NCBI GenBank assembly: GCA_035513175.1
Contig: DATKCN010000250.1
Location: 2,468-66,467 of the forward strand
Length of the DNA: 64,000 nt
Source of the DNA: Thermomicrobiales bacterium
Lineage (GTDB): Bacteria > Chloroflexota > Chloroflexia > Thermomicrobiales > CFX8
Direction of reading: 5' to 3'
The number at the start of each line of letters is the position of its first letter. Within the stretch, counting starts at the first letter, position 1. This document shows positions 34,954-44,303 of the stretch, piece after piece. The translations under genes were made by a program, and so were the position numbers. The notes beneath the pieces are model-generated. The model saw only the letters and a list, made by a program, of their open reading frames with translations, was not told the origin of the DNA and did not search any database.

Positions 34954-35745
34954 ATGAGCACCCGATTCGACCCTCGCCCACACCTTCGGCAGCTCGAAAA
35001 CGGCTCGCTGTACCTGGACATCAAGTGGCGCCTGCACTGGCTGCGGTCCGAGCATCCGGATGCTCGCATCGAGACGGAGCTGGTATCCCTGGAAGGGGAT
35101 TCCGCCGTCTGCAAGGCCGTCATTCACGTTCCGGATGGCGGCTCGGCAACCGCCCATGGCAGCGCGTCCGGCGGCTCGCCCGTCGAGCAGGCCGAGTCCC
35201 GCGCCATTGGACGAGCGCTGGTCGCGCTCGGCTACGGCGCCGAGTTTGCCGACGAGGACCCGATTCAGGCGCGCGGCGCCGAGCGGCCCGTCTCGCTCGT
35301 GCGCCAGCCCGCGCCTATCCCGGAGCATCACGAGCGGCAGGAGCGGGGTGAGACGTCCGCCCCGCCGGTGCAGCTGCAGCAGCCGGAGCGCCCGCCACGT
35401 CCCGTGCGGCGCGACGATGACGCCGCAGAGCCACCCCCATTGCAACGCCAGCCCCGGGAAATCCACGAGGCCCCTCCCGCGCCGCAGGCCGCGCCCGCGA
35501 CCATGTCGCGCGGCTCGGATCTGCGCGAGCAGGTCAGCCAGGAGCCGACCGCCGAAACGTCCCGCGAAGACGTGTCGTGGACGCGCTTCTGGGAATGGGC
35601 GCGCCGCAGTGGCTATCGCGACGCGAGCCACCTGAAAGAACTGCTGGGCGTCGAGGTTTCCGGGCTGACGCCGCGCGAGGTGCGGGCCCACATCAAGCGG
35701 TACGAAATGGACCACCCGTCGCCGAGCGCGAGCGAGGAAGAGTGA
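34954..35745 (+). CDS. Hypothetical protein: possible Rad52/Sak-like N-terminal fold, Pro/Glu/Arg-rich linker, small helical C-terminal domain
   Basis: 263 aa with strong GC3 bias. N-terminus: YLDIKWRLHWLRSEHPDARIETELVSLEGDSAVCKAVIHVPDGGSATAHGSAS...EQAESRAIGRALVALGYG. The SD is weak or distant. The family call is tentative. Confidence 0.55.
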   Translation: MSTRFDPRPHLRQLENGSLYLDIKWRLHWLRSEHPDARIETELVSLEGDSAVCKAVIHVPDGGSATAHGSASGGSPVEQAESRAIGRALVALGYGAEFADEDPIQARGAERPVSLVRQPAPIPEHHERQERGETSAPPVQLQQPERPPRPVRRDDDAAEPPPLQRQPREIHEAPPAPQAAPATMSRGSDLREQVSQEPTAETSREDVSWTRFWEWARRSGYRDASHLKELLGVEVSGLTPREVRAHIKRYEMDHPSPSASEEE

Positions 35746-35770
35746 CCGCCTCCGCCGGGGCGCTCGACGG

Positions 35771-36952
35771 GTGACGGCAGCCGCACCCCCGCCGCGATCG
35801 GCCGCGCTCGACGAGCCCGCGACGCTGTTCACCGCCCCATTTCTCCTCACCTGCGCGACCGGCTTCGCGCTCTTCACCTCGTTCATGCTGATGCTTGCCA
35901 TTCTGCCCCTGCATTTGAAGGAGGAGCTGGGCGGGACTGACGCCGCGGTCGGGCTGATCATCGGCGTGTTCGCTTTCGCGGCGCTGTTCCCCCGTCCGTT
36001 CATCGGGCGCGAGATCGACCGCAGCGGCAGCAAGCGCTTCCTGATGGCAGGCGCGGTCATCTTCGTCTTTGCCTCGCTGCTGTACCTCGTCGCTGGCAAC
36101 ATCCCGCTGCTGATGGGTGTCCGGGTGCTGCACGGCGTCGGAATGGCCTGCTTTCACACCGCCGCGTTCTCCTTCGTCGCCGAACTGGCGCCCGCTCGCA
36201 GGCGCGGTGAGGCGATGGGCATCTGGGGCCTGATGTCGACCTTCGCCACCGCCATCGGCCCCTTCGTCGGGCTGATCATCCGCGACAGCGCCGGGACCGG
36301 CGCCGTCTTTCTGGTCTCCGCAGCCTGCGCCGCAACTGGCATGTTTCTCATAGCGTTCGTGCGCGAGCCGCCCCGCGCGGTCTACGACACGCCGCGCGAC
36401 GGTGGCCTGTTCGAGCCCGCCGTGCTCACCCCGGCCATCATGGTCGTCCTGCTGACGCTCGTCTACGGCGCCGTGTCGTCGTTCGTCCTGCTATATGCCG
36501 ATGAACGGGACATCGCGCGCAAGGGCTTGTACTTCACGGCCTTCGCGGCGGCGGTGCTGGCCTCGCGCGTCTTCGGCGGACGGCTTGCTGACCGTTATGG
36601 CCGCTGGGCAGTGATCCTGCCGGCCATGACCGTCACCGCCTGTGCGATGCTGACGTTGGCGATCACGTCCAGCCTGCCGCTCCTGCTGCTGGCGGGCATG
36701 CTGTTCGGCCTGGGCTTCGGGGCGGGACACCCCGCCATGACCGCGCTGGCAGTCGATCTCGTGCGGCCCGAGCGGCGTGGCGCCGGGATGGCGACCTTTA
36801 CGTCCGCTTTCGAGCTTGGCATCGGCAGCGGCTCGATCGTGATGGGGCTGGTCGCGGCCTCGACCGGATACGCGGCCATGTTCGCCATCTGCGCCGTCTT
36901 TCCGGCCATTGCCGTAGCCTATGGCGTAACTCGCCTGCGAGCGGCAGGCTGA
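35771..36952 (+). CDS. MFS transporter
   Basis: 393 aa with about 12 hydrophobic segments and an MFS loop motif (GREIDRSGSKR). GTG start. Confidence 0.85.
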   Translation: MTAAAPPPRSAALDEPATLFTAPFLLTCATGFALFTSFMLMLAILPLHLKEELGGTDAAVGLIIGVFAFAALFPRPFIGREIDRSGSKRFLMAGAVIFVFASLLYLVAGNIPLLMGVRVLHGVGMACFHTAAFSFVAELAPARRRGEAMGIWGLMSTFATAIGPFVGLIIRDSAGTGAVFLVSAACAATGMFLIAFVREPPRAVYDTPRDGGLFEPAVLTPAIMVVLLTLVYGAVSSFVLLYADERDIARKGLYFTAFAAAVLASRVFGGRLADRYGRWAVILPAMTVTACAMLTLAITSSLPLLLLAGMLFGLGFGAGHPAMTALAVDLVRPERRGAGMATFTSAFELGIGSGSIVMGLVAASTGYAAMFAICAVFPAIAVAYGVTRLRAAG

Positions 36953-36972
36953 CAAGCGGGCAGGGGAGAACC

Positions 36973-37776
36973 ATGGCGAATCAGCGGTCAAGGGGACGAC
37001 AGCGGGGCCGGCGTCGCTGGAGCGAGGAACAGCTTCATCACGGGCTGGACCTTGCCGACTACCTCGACGAGATGGTCGAGGTGCGCGCCGAGGCCGAGTC
37101 GAATCTGGCGCTCGCCGGAGAGCGCGCCCTCAAGGTGCTGGACCGCTTTCTCGCGAATCTGGCCGGCGCCATCGGCCTGTCGAACGAGCGGCCCGGCATG
37201 GGCGACTCGATCCGCTATCTGGAGCATCTTTCCGGCACGCCCCGCCAGATCGCCACGCAGGCCGACCGCTTCCGCGACACCCGCAACGCGCTGGCGCACA
37301 ATCCCGACATCACCCTGCGCCCCGAAGCGGCCGCCCGCATCATCGACGGCGTCGAGACGATCGTGCGCATGGCCGCCGAGCGCGTGCGCGATCTGGCGCA
37401 CGGGCACATCGTCACAGCGCTGGAGAACGAGCCGCTCGCAGACGCCCGCGACCGCCTGCTCGAACACCACTACGACCAGCTCGTCGTCGTCGACGCGGAC
37501 GGCGGCGTCGTCGACCTGCTCACTGACCGTGACATCGTGCTCGCCGAGGCCAACGAGGATGTCAACGGCTCCAACGACGTGTTCACCGTCGCAGACGCAA
37601 TCGCGCCGCGCGGACATCCGGCAATCGCGCTGCTTCCGGTGGGAGCCAGCGCCGCCGAGGCGGTGGGCGCGCTGCAGAACGAGCGCACCGGCGCCGTCGT
37701 GCTTACCCAGCACGGGCGAACCGGCGAGCCGCCGCTGGGCATCATTACGCGTAAGGACCTGTTGAAGACAATGTAG
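36973..37776 (+). CDS. HEPN-like helical domain fused to a CBS-domain pair
   Basis: 267 aa. GGGGAGAA before ATG 36973. The N-terminal ~135 aa is helical, with RFRDTRNALAHNPD (R-N-x3-H, fits the Rx4-6H HEPN motif). The C-terminus has two CBS repeats (HIVTALENEPLADARDRLLEHHYDQLVVVDADGGVVDLLTDRDIV; ...AVVLTQHGRTGEPPLGIITRKDLLK). Confidence 0.65.
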   Translation: MANQRSRGRQRGRRRWSEEQLHHGLDLADYLDEMVEVRAEAESNLALAGERALKVLDRFLANLAGAIGLSNERPGMGDSIRYLEHLSGTPRQIATQADRFRDTRNALAHNPDITLRPEAAARIIDGVETIVRMAAERVRDLAHGHIVTALENEPLADARDRLLEHHYDQLVVVDADGGVVDLLTDRDIVLAEANEDVNGSNDVFTVADAIAPRGHPAIALLPVGASAAEAVGALQNERTGAVVLTQHGRTGEPPLGIITRKDLLKTM

Positions 37777-38019
37777 GTGGGACGAAGCGTGTAACGCGGT
37801 GGGTCGGGACGCGGGGTGGCTTGCGACGAATCGAGGCCGTCGTCCGCACTGGCTCGTGAGGGGGTTCGATCTGTCCTCAACGCCGCGAGCAATTCGCGGC
37901 TCGCGAATTTGCGCACTCTGACGACGATTCTCGTCGCCACTTCCCCTCCCGTCGACGTAATGCGTCGCGCGCGTCGCGTGGGCGTCACGAAACCGCCGAT
38001 CCTTGCCTCGCCCACTGAA

Positions 38020-38047
38020 TTGACAACACTTCGGGAGCGCCTATACT
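38020..38047 (+). promoter_or_regulatory. Strong sigma70-type promoter candidate TTGACA-N16-TATACT upstream of the ABC transporter operon
   Basis: TTGACA 38020..38025 and TATACT 38042..38047. Predicted ~127-nt leader containing the perfect hairpin GTCGCG-tgct-CGCGAC (~38079..38094). It lies in a locally AT-richer segment. Confidence 0.5.
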
Positions 38048-38180
38048 ACCGCTAGCGCAATTCAACACACCGAAATAGTCGCGTGCTCGCGACCCCCCGA
38101 AACCGAGATTGCAACGACAGGGAGGTAACAACCGCCGTTTTCGTCGATTAATTGAAGTAAACGCGTGAAGGAGAAGCCAC

Positions 38181-39983
38181 ATGGAGCGGGACACGCTCGA
38201 ACGAACCGCGGCTCGTCTGACGACCGCCCGGCTCAACCGCCGCCGGCTGCTGATGATGGGCATTACCGGGTTGAGCATCGCAGCCACGCCACTTCTCAGC
38301 GCCTGTGGGGGAGACGACGATCCAACGGCAACCACCGCCGCGGCCCCGACCGCAACCACGCAAGCTCCCTTGGGAGACGCCACCAGCACGACCGGAACCG
38401 ACGCCAGCACTCCCACGACCGAAACCGCCGCCGCGTCGCCGACGACAGGCGCGCCAGCCCCCTCCGGTGGCCAGGTCAGCGTGCTGTGGCGCACGCCGAA
38501 CACCCTCAACCCGCTGTTCTCGACGGCAGGAAGCGAGCAGCAGATCGAGCGCCTGATCTTCGGAGCGCTGGTCAAGATGAACGACGTGCTCGAGCCCATC
38601 CCGGACATGGCGTCGTCCATCGAAATCTCCGACGACGCCAGCGTGTACACGTTCGTCATCCACGACAACGTCGTGTTCTCCGACGGTGTGCCACTGACCG
38701 CGGCCGACGCAATCTTCACGTTCGAGCGGGCGATCGACCAGCGCACCGGCAGCTACTGGCGCGGCCGCCTGAGCGGCATTGCCGGAGCGGTCGAGTACAG
38801 TGATCAGTCGGCCGACACGGTGACGGGGCTTAATGCGCCGGATGACCACACGGTCGAGATCACGCTGGCAACCCCGAACGCGGCGTTCCTCGTGAACTTC
38901 TGCAACTTCTCCGGCTTCGGCATCCTGCCTATGCACATACTGGGAGACGTTGCCCCCGAGCAGTTGCAGGAGCACCCATTCTCGCTGGCCCCGACGGTGT
39001 CGGCAGGTCCGTTCAAGTTCGTGACCTACGAGACCGACCAGTATATGGAGGTCGAGCGCCACGACGGCTACTGGGGCGATCCGCCGCCGCTGGACCGCAT
39101 CTTCCTGCGCATCCTCACCTCGGACGTCGGGCTGGCGCAGCTCGAAACTGGCGAGATCGACGTCATGACTCTGCCGATCAACGAGATCGCGCGCACCGAG
39201 GGTCTCGCCAACGCCCACGTCGAGAGCGTTCCAAGCCCCAGCATGTCCTTCCTCGCGCCAAACGTCGAGCGTGAGTTCTTCCAGGACAAGCGCGTGCGCC
39301 AGGCGATGATGTACGCCATCGACCGCGAGGGCATCCTGAACGCGGTCTTCGAGGGTCAGGGGCATCTCACGAACTCCCCGATCTTCGGCCCGGACTGGAT
39401 GGACGTGCCGGAAGGGCTCAACGAGTACGAGTACAACCCGGAGCGTGCCCGCGAGCTGCTGGAGGAGGCGGGCTGGGACTTCGACCGCACCGTCGAGCTG
39501 CTCATCACGCCCGGCAACCGCGAGGCCGACACGGCTATCGTCATCATCCAGGAGCAGTTCCGCGAGGTCGGCTTCCAGATGGATATTCTCCAGGTCGATG
39601 TCGCCGAGAACCAGCGGCGTTCGATCCAGTCCACCGACTTTGACATCCGCAACGTCGGCGGTGGCGTCTTCCGCGCGGACCCAAGCGTGTCGGGCACCTA
39701 CATGACGACCTCGACGTTCACTCCGGCCGGCGGCAACTACGGGCACTACTCGAATCCCGAGATCGACCGGCTGTATCCCGAAGCTCAAGCCGTGGGAGAC
39801 ACCGCCGAGCGCAAGCGCCTGTACACCGAGATCGCTCTGATCCTGAACGACGAGTGCCCGTGGATCTGGCTGTACTCGCCGAACTCGATCTACGGCGTAA
39901 GCAACCGCATCCAGGGCTTCCTGCCGCCGAGCTACATCGACAACAAGTTCTGGAACGCGGAAGAGTGGTCGGTCAGCGAGTAG
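38181..39983 (+). CDS. ABC transporter substrate-binding lipoprotein, family 5 (peptide/nickel/oligosaccharide, DppA/OppA-like)
   Basis: 600 aa. AAGGAGAAG SD. Tat-like signal plus lipobox (NRRRLLMMGITGLSIAATPLLSAC). Thr/Ala/Pro-rich linker, then a typical SBP_bac_5 body. Confidence 0.9.
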   Translation: MERDTLERTAARLTTARLNRRRLLMMGITGLSIAATPLLSACGGDDDPTATTAAAPTATTQAPLGDATSTTGTDASTPTTETAAASPTTGAPAPSGGQVSVLWRTPNTLNPLFSTAGSEQQIERLIFGALVKMNDVLEPIPDMASSIEISDDASVYTFVIHDNVVFSDGVPLTAADAIFTFERAIDQRTGSYWRGRLSGIAGAVEYSDQSADTVTGLNAPDDHTVEITLATPNAAFLVNFCNFSGFGILPMHILGDVAPEQLQEHPFSLAPTVSAGPFKFVTYETDQYMEVERHDGYWGDPPPLDRIFLRILTSDVGLAQLETGEIDVMTLPINEIARTEGLANAHVESVPSPSMSFLAPNVEREFFQDKRVRQAMMYAIDREGILNAVFEGQGHLTNSPIFGPDWMDVPEGLNEYEYNPERARELLEEAGWDFDRTVELLITPGNREADTAIVIIQEQFREVGFQMDILQVDVAENQRRSIQSTDFDIRNVGGGVFRADPSVSGTYMTTSTFTPAGGNYGHYSNPEIDRLYPEAQAVGDTAERKRLYTEIALILNDECPWIWLYSPNSIYGVSNRIQGFLPPSYIDNKFWNAEEWSVSE

Positions 39984-40076
39984 CAGCGCTCGCCGAGCGT
40001 GCCGGACGTGTGTGTCGTGGCGCCCGCGATCGCTAACGCGGGCGCCAACCTCCATGGATGGCGGTAAGCGGTAAGT

Positions 40077-41039
40077 ATGGGTCAATACATCCTTCGACGG
40101 CTGGTGATTAGTGTCCCGGTTCTGATCGGCATCACCATGGCCGTCTACATCATCGTCAATCTCGCGCCGGGCGATCCGGTCACGGCCATGATCGATCCCG
40201 AGGCGGTCATCAACCTCGGGCCGGAGTGGGTAGAAGACCAGAAGCGCAAGCTCGGACTGGATCGGCCGCTGCCGGTCCGTTACGGCCTCTGGCTCAGCGA
40301 AGTCGCCCAGGGCAATCTCGGCTTCTCCTTTAATGACCGGCGCTCGGTCTCCGGGAAAATCGGCGAGCGCATCTGGCCGACGCTCAAGCTGATGATCGCC
40401 GCCGAGGGCATTGCGCTGGTCATCGGCCTGCCAATCGGCATCATGTCCGCGCTCCGCCAGTATTCGAAGGGCGACTACATCGCCACCATCTTCGGGTTCA
40501 CTGCCATCTCGATTCCGTCCTTCTTCCTGGCATTGGGCTCGATTTACGTGTTCGCCGTGGTGCTGGGCTGGCTGCCAACGGCCGGCATGCGCACGCTGGG
40601 GACCGATCCGTCATTCATCGACTCGTTCAAGCATCTGATCCTGCCCGCGTCCGTGCTCGGGCTGGCCCAGGCCGCCCCGCTCATCCGCTACAGCCGCTCA
40701 AGCATGCTGGAGGTCCTGCGGCAGGACTACGTGCACGTCGCCCGGGCCAAGGGGCTGCGCGAGACCACGATCATCTCCCGGCACGCGCTGCGCAACGCCC
40801 TGATCCCGCTGGTGACGATCATCGCGCTGGACCTGCCCCGGCTGTTCGGCGGCACGATCATCGTCGAGCAGGTCTTCGCCTGGCCGGGCATGGGCACGCT
40901 CGCCATCGCGGCCGTGCGTGGCTACGACTACCCGGTCATCATGGCCATCAACCTGATCGGCGCCATCATGATTCTCTGCAGCAACCTGATGGCCGACGTG
41001 CTGTACGCGATCATCGATCCACGCATCAAGTACACGTAG
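40077..41039 (+). CDS. ABC transporter permease (DppB/OppB-like)
   Basis: 320 aa. MGQYILRRLVISVPVLIGITMAVYIIVNLAPGDP N-terminus and the EAA-loop region RAKGLRETTIISRHALRNALIP. Confidence 0.9.
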   Translation: MGQYILRRLVISVPVLIGITMAVYIIVNLAPGDPVTAMIDPEAVINLGPEWVEDQKRKLGLDRPLPVRYGLWLSEVAQGNLGFSFNDRRSVSGKIGERIWPTLKLMIAAEGIALVIGLPIGIMSALRQYSKGDYIATIFGFTAISIPSFFLALGSIYVFAVVLGWLPTAGMRTLGTDPSFIDSFKHLILPASVLGLAQAAPLIRYSRSSMLEVLRQDYVHVARAKGLRETTIISRHALRNALIPLVTIIALDLPRLFGGTIIVEQVFAWPGMGTLAIAAVRGYDYPVIMAINLIGAIMILCSNLMADVLYAIIDPRIKYT

Positions 41040-41057
41040 GGCCTGGAGGAGCGACGG

Positions 41058-42005
41058 GTGGTTCAAGACGGATCGAAGGTCGGGACTGGACCGTTGGCGA
41101 CGCCTGCGGCTGGGCCGCAAGCCAGTGAGTCACTGACGACCCTCGGCTCCGCCGCTCCGCAACGGCGCCGCACCAGCGTCTGGCAGCGCTTCCGCCGCCA
41201 CCGGCTGGCGCTGATCGGGCTGACCATCCTCGTGCTTTTGGCAATCGTCTCGATCGGGGCGCCGCTCTTCACCCAACATGGTCCGTACAGCGTTGATCTG
41301 CGTTCGGCCCGCATGGGGCCGACCTCCAGCCACATTCTGGGGTCTGACCCCGCCGGGCGCGATGTCTTCAGCCGGCTGTTGTACGCCGGGCGGGTGTCGC
41401 TTTCAGTTGGCATTGTTGCCGTCGCGATCTACACCGTCATCGGGGTTGTCCTGGGCGCGGTCGCGGGCTTCTACGGCGGGTGGGTCGACTCCACGATCAT
41501 GCGGCTGGCCGACATCGTGCTGGCGTTTCCATCGCTGCTGATCATCATCACCGTCGTGTCGGTGCTAGGCCCCAGCCTGTTCAACATCATGCTCGTCATC
41601 GGCCTGCTCGGCTGGCCGCCGATCACGCGCCTGCTGCGTGGCGAGTTCCTGTCGCTGCGCGAGCGCGAGTTCATCGTCGCCGCGCGCGCCACCGGGGCGA
41701 GGAACAACCGGCTGATGTTCCGGCACCTGCTGCCGAACGCCATCGCGCCGATCATCGTTGCCGCCACCTTCGGCGTGGCGAACGCCATCCTGCTGGAGGC
41801 CGGGCTGAGCTTTCTCGGTCTGGGCGTGCAGCCGCCGACGCCGAGTTGGGGTAGCATGCTGACGGGCGCGCAGTCGCTGACCGTGCTGGAGTCGATGCCG
41901 TGGCTGTGGGTTCCGCCGGGCGTCATGATCGCCGTGGCGGTGCTCTCGATCAACTTCATCGGCGATGGCCTGCGGGACGCCCTCGACCCGTATCTGTCCC
42001 GCTGA
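41058..42005 (+). CDS. ABC transporter permease (DppC/OppC-like)
   Basis: 315 aa. GTG start with GGAGGAG 6 nt upstream. REFIVAARATGARNNRLMFRHLLPNAIAP EAA loop. No ATPase gene follows. Confidence 0.9.
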   Translation: MVQDGSKVGTGPLATPAAGPQASESLTTLGSAAPQRRRTSVWQRFRRHRLALIGLTILVLLAIVSIGAPLFTQHGPYSVDLRSARMGPTSSHILGSDPAGRDVFSRLLYAGRVSLSVGIVAVAIYTVIGVVLGAVAGFYGGWVDSTIMRLADIVLAFPSLLIIITVVSVLGPSLFNIMLVIGLLGWPPITRLLRGEFLSLREREFIVAARATGARNNRLMFRHLLPNAIAPIIVAATFGVANAILLEAGLSFLGLGVQPPTPSWGSMLTGAQSLTVLESMPWLWVPPGVMIAVAVLSINFIGDGLRDALDPYLSR

Positions 42006-42106
42006 TCCGCTGCCCACGCGTCTATTGCGTATATGAGGAGGGCCGCCCTGTAGAGACCGCGCCAGGCGCCTCGACGATCTGTTTTCAACCGGGGAGGGAA
42101 CGCAAC

Positions 42107-43282
42107 GTGTCAGACATATACGGCAGGCTCGGCCTGCGTCCGCTCATCAACGCGCGCGGATCGCACACGCGGCTCGGCGGCTCGATCATGCCCGCCGAGG
42201 TGCTCGACGCCATGCGCGAGGCTGCTCAAACGTACATCGTGCTGGAGGAGCTGCAGGAGAAGGCCAGTGAGGTCATCGCCCGCGCTACCGGCGCCGAGGC
42301 CGGGATGGTCACCGGAGGGGCCGCGGCAGGACTGATACTCGGGACCGCCGCCTGCATCGCCGGGAGCGATCCGGCCAGCATCGAGCGCCTTCCGGACACG
42401 TCCGGCATGAAGGGCGACGTGGTGATGCATCGCGCGCACCGCAACGGCTACGACCACAGTGTCCGCGCCGCCGGGGCGCGCATCGTCGAAGCAGGCTACG
42501 GGCACGGCACGATTCCCTACCAGCTCGAAGCGGCTATCGGCGAGCAGACGGCGCTCGTCTTCTACGTGATGGCTCCCTGGGCCAGCAAGGGCGCGCTCTC
42601 GCTGCGGAAAACCTGCGAAATCGCCCACCGCAAGGGCGTGCCGGTCATGGTCGACGCCGCCGCGATGCTGCCGCCCGCCGAAAACCTCACGCGCATCATC
42701 GCCGACGGCGCCGATCTGGTGGTCTACAGCGGCGGCAAGGGCATCCGTGGCCCGCAGTCGTCCGGCATTCTGGCGGGCCGCGCCGATCTCGTCCGTGCTG
42801 CGGCCATGAACGGCAGCCCGAATCACAGCATTGGGCGCCCTGCCAAGGCCGCGCGTGAGGACATCGTCGGGCTCATCGTCGCGCTGGAACGCTTCATGGC
42901 GCTCGATCACGACGCGGAGCTGGCGCGCTGCCGCGCGCAGGCCGAGTTCATGCTCGGCAAGCTGGGAGACTTTCCGGGCGTTGAGGCGCACTACCGGCAC
43001 GACGGCTACGAGCACCCGATGCCGCGCGTCGAGCTGGTCATCGACCGTGCCGAGACCGGCATCGAAGCCGGAGAGCTGATAGGCGCGCTGGAACAGGGCG
43101 ATCCGCGCGTGTTCGTCATCGCCTGGAACGGCCCGACGGCCAGCCCGAACAACATCACGATAAATACCCACACGATGCTGCCCGGAGAGGAGGACGCCGT
43201 CGCCGAGGTCATCGGTCACGCGCTCCGGCAGCGATTGAATGCAAACGCGCCCGCGCTGGCGGGCAGTGTCGCGAGCTTATAG
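42107..43282 (+). CDS. SelA-like / DgaE-like PLP-dependent enzyme (fold-type I; lacks the SelA N-terminal domain)
   Basis: ORF 41900..43282 trimmed to GTG 42107 (GGGAGGGA upstream). YSGGKGIRGPQSSGILAG carries the PLP-Lys context shared with SelA (SGDKLLGGPQ). ~391 aa. Confidence 0.7.
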   Translation: MSDIYGRLGLRPLINARGSHTRLGGSIMPAEVLDAMREAAQTYIVLEELQEKASEVIARATGAEAGMVTGGAAAGLILGTAACIAGSDPASIERLPDTSGMKGDVVMHRAHRNGYDHSVRAAGARIVEAGYGHGTIPYQLEAAIGEQTALVFYVMAPWASKGALSLRKTCEIAHRKGVPVMVDAAAMLPPAENLTRIIADGADLVVYSGGKGIRGPQSSGILAGRADLVRAAAMNGSPNHSIGRPAKAAREDIVGLIVALERFMALDHDAELARCRAQAEFMLGKLGDFPGVEAHYRHDGYEHPMPRVELVIDRAETGIEAGELIGALEQGDPRVFVIAWNGPTASPNNITINTHTMLPGEEDAVAEVIGHALRQRLNANAPALAGSVASL

Positions 43283-43318
43283 GACCACATACGGAGCCAC
43301 AGGGGCGGAAGGGGAACC

Positions 43319-44293
43319 ATGACGGCCACTCGCCAACCACCGGAACAACATCAGACGAGCGTGACGATGCCGCCTGACTTCGACGAGTTCTGGTCGCAGA
43401 TCATGAGCGAGGTCGCCGAGATCCCGCTGAACGCGAGCATGACGCACGCGCCGATGCGCTCCACTGACGAGGTGGACGTCTACGAGGTCCACTATGACAG
43501 TCTCGACAGCGTCCGGATCGCGGGCTGGTACTGCCGCCCGAAGGAGAGCTACCTCGCGCCGCCGTATCCGGCGCTGCTGATCGTGCCGGGCTATGTGTCC
43601 GAGCCGTCGCTGCCGAAGTCGTGGTCCAAAATGGGGTACGCGGCGGTGGGCGTCGCCCCGCGCGGCAAGCTGCGCTCGAACCGGCAGTTCAACCCCGGCT
43701 ACCCGAACCTGCTGACGCACAACATCATCGACCGCAACACCTACTCCTACCGCGGCTTCTACGTCGACGCCGCTCGCGCCGTCGATTTCGTGCTGTCCCG
43801 CCCGGAGGTCGACCCCTCACGCGTCGGCGTGCACGGCAGCTCGCAGGGCGGGGCGCTTACGATCACGACCGCCGCGCTGCGCAACGACGTCATCACCTGC
43901 GGCGCTGCCGGGGCCCCGTACCTGTGCGGGTTCATGGACGCCGCGTCGCTGACGCACTCGTATCCCTACGAGGAGATCAACGACTACCTGCGGCTGCACC
44001 CCGAGCACGAGGTGGCCGCGCGGGAAACGCTCAACTACTTCGACGGCATAAACTTCGCGCCGCGCATCAAAGCGGACATGCTGGTCTACATCGGGCTTGA
44101 GGACGATGTCTGCCCGCCGGAGACCGGCTACGACCTGGTGCGGGCCATGACGTGTCCGGTCGAGTTGATCGCGACCCCCAACTGCGCGCACGACGCCGGG
44201 CGCAAATGGGTCACACCGAAGGTTGAGGCGTTCCTGAACGAGCGCCTGCTGCCGGCCGCCTCCCAGTTGCACGCCGAGCCGACGGTCGGATAG
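43319..44293 (+). CDS. Acetylxylan esterase / cephalosporin-C deacetylase family (CE7, AXE1)
   Basis: 324 aa. N-terminal DFDEFW motif, nucleophile elbow GVHGSSQGG, DDVCPP (Asp), CAHD (His). Confidence 0.85.
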   Translation: MTATRQPPEQHQTSVTMPPDFDEFWSQIMSEVAEIPLNASMTHAPMRSTDEVDVYEVHYDSLDSVRIAGWYCRPKESYLAPPYPALLIVPGYVSEPSLPKSWSKMGYAAVGVAPRGKLRSNRQFNPGYPNLLTHNIIDRNTYSYRGFYVDAARAVDFVLSRPEVDPSRVGVHGSSQGGALTITTAALRNDVITCGAAGAPYLCGFMDAASLTHSYPYEEINDYLRLHPEHEVAARETLNYFDGINFAPRIKADMLVYIGLEDDVCPPETGYDLVRAMTCPVELIATPNCAHDAGRKWVTPKVEAFLNERLLPAASQLHAEPTVG

Positions 44294-44303
44294 GGGGACT
44301 CTC

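Noticed and set aside
38148-40085. 645-aa minus-strand ORF (and the 253-aa ORF 37985..38746).
   Set aside because: Both are antisense shadows of the clearly real substrate-binding protein gene.
42107-43282. Using the SelA-like gene as support for selenocysteine decoding.
   Set aside because: It lacks the SelA N-terminal tRNA-binding domain and sits in a transporter/esterase operon. It looks like the DgaE-type PLP-lyase branch, so it says nothing about Sec capacity.
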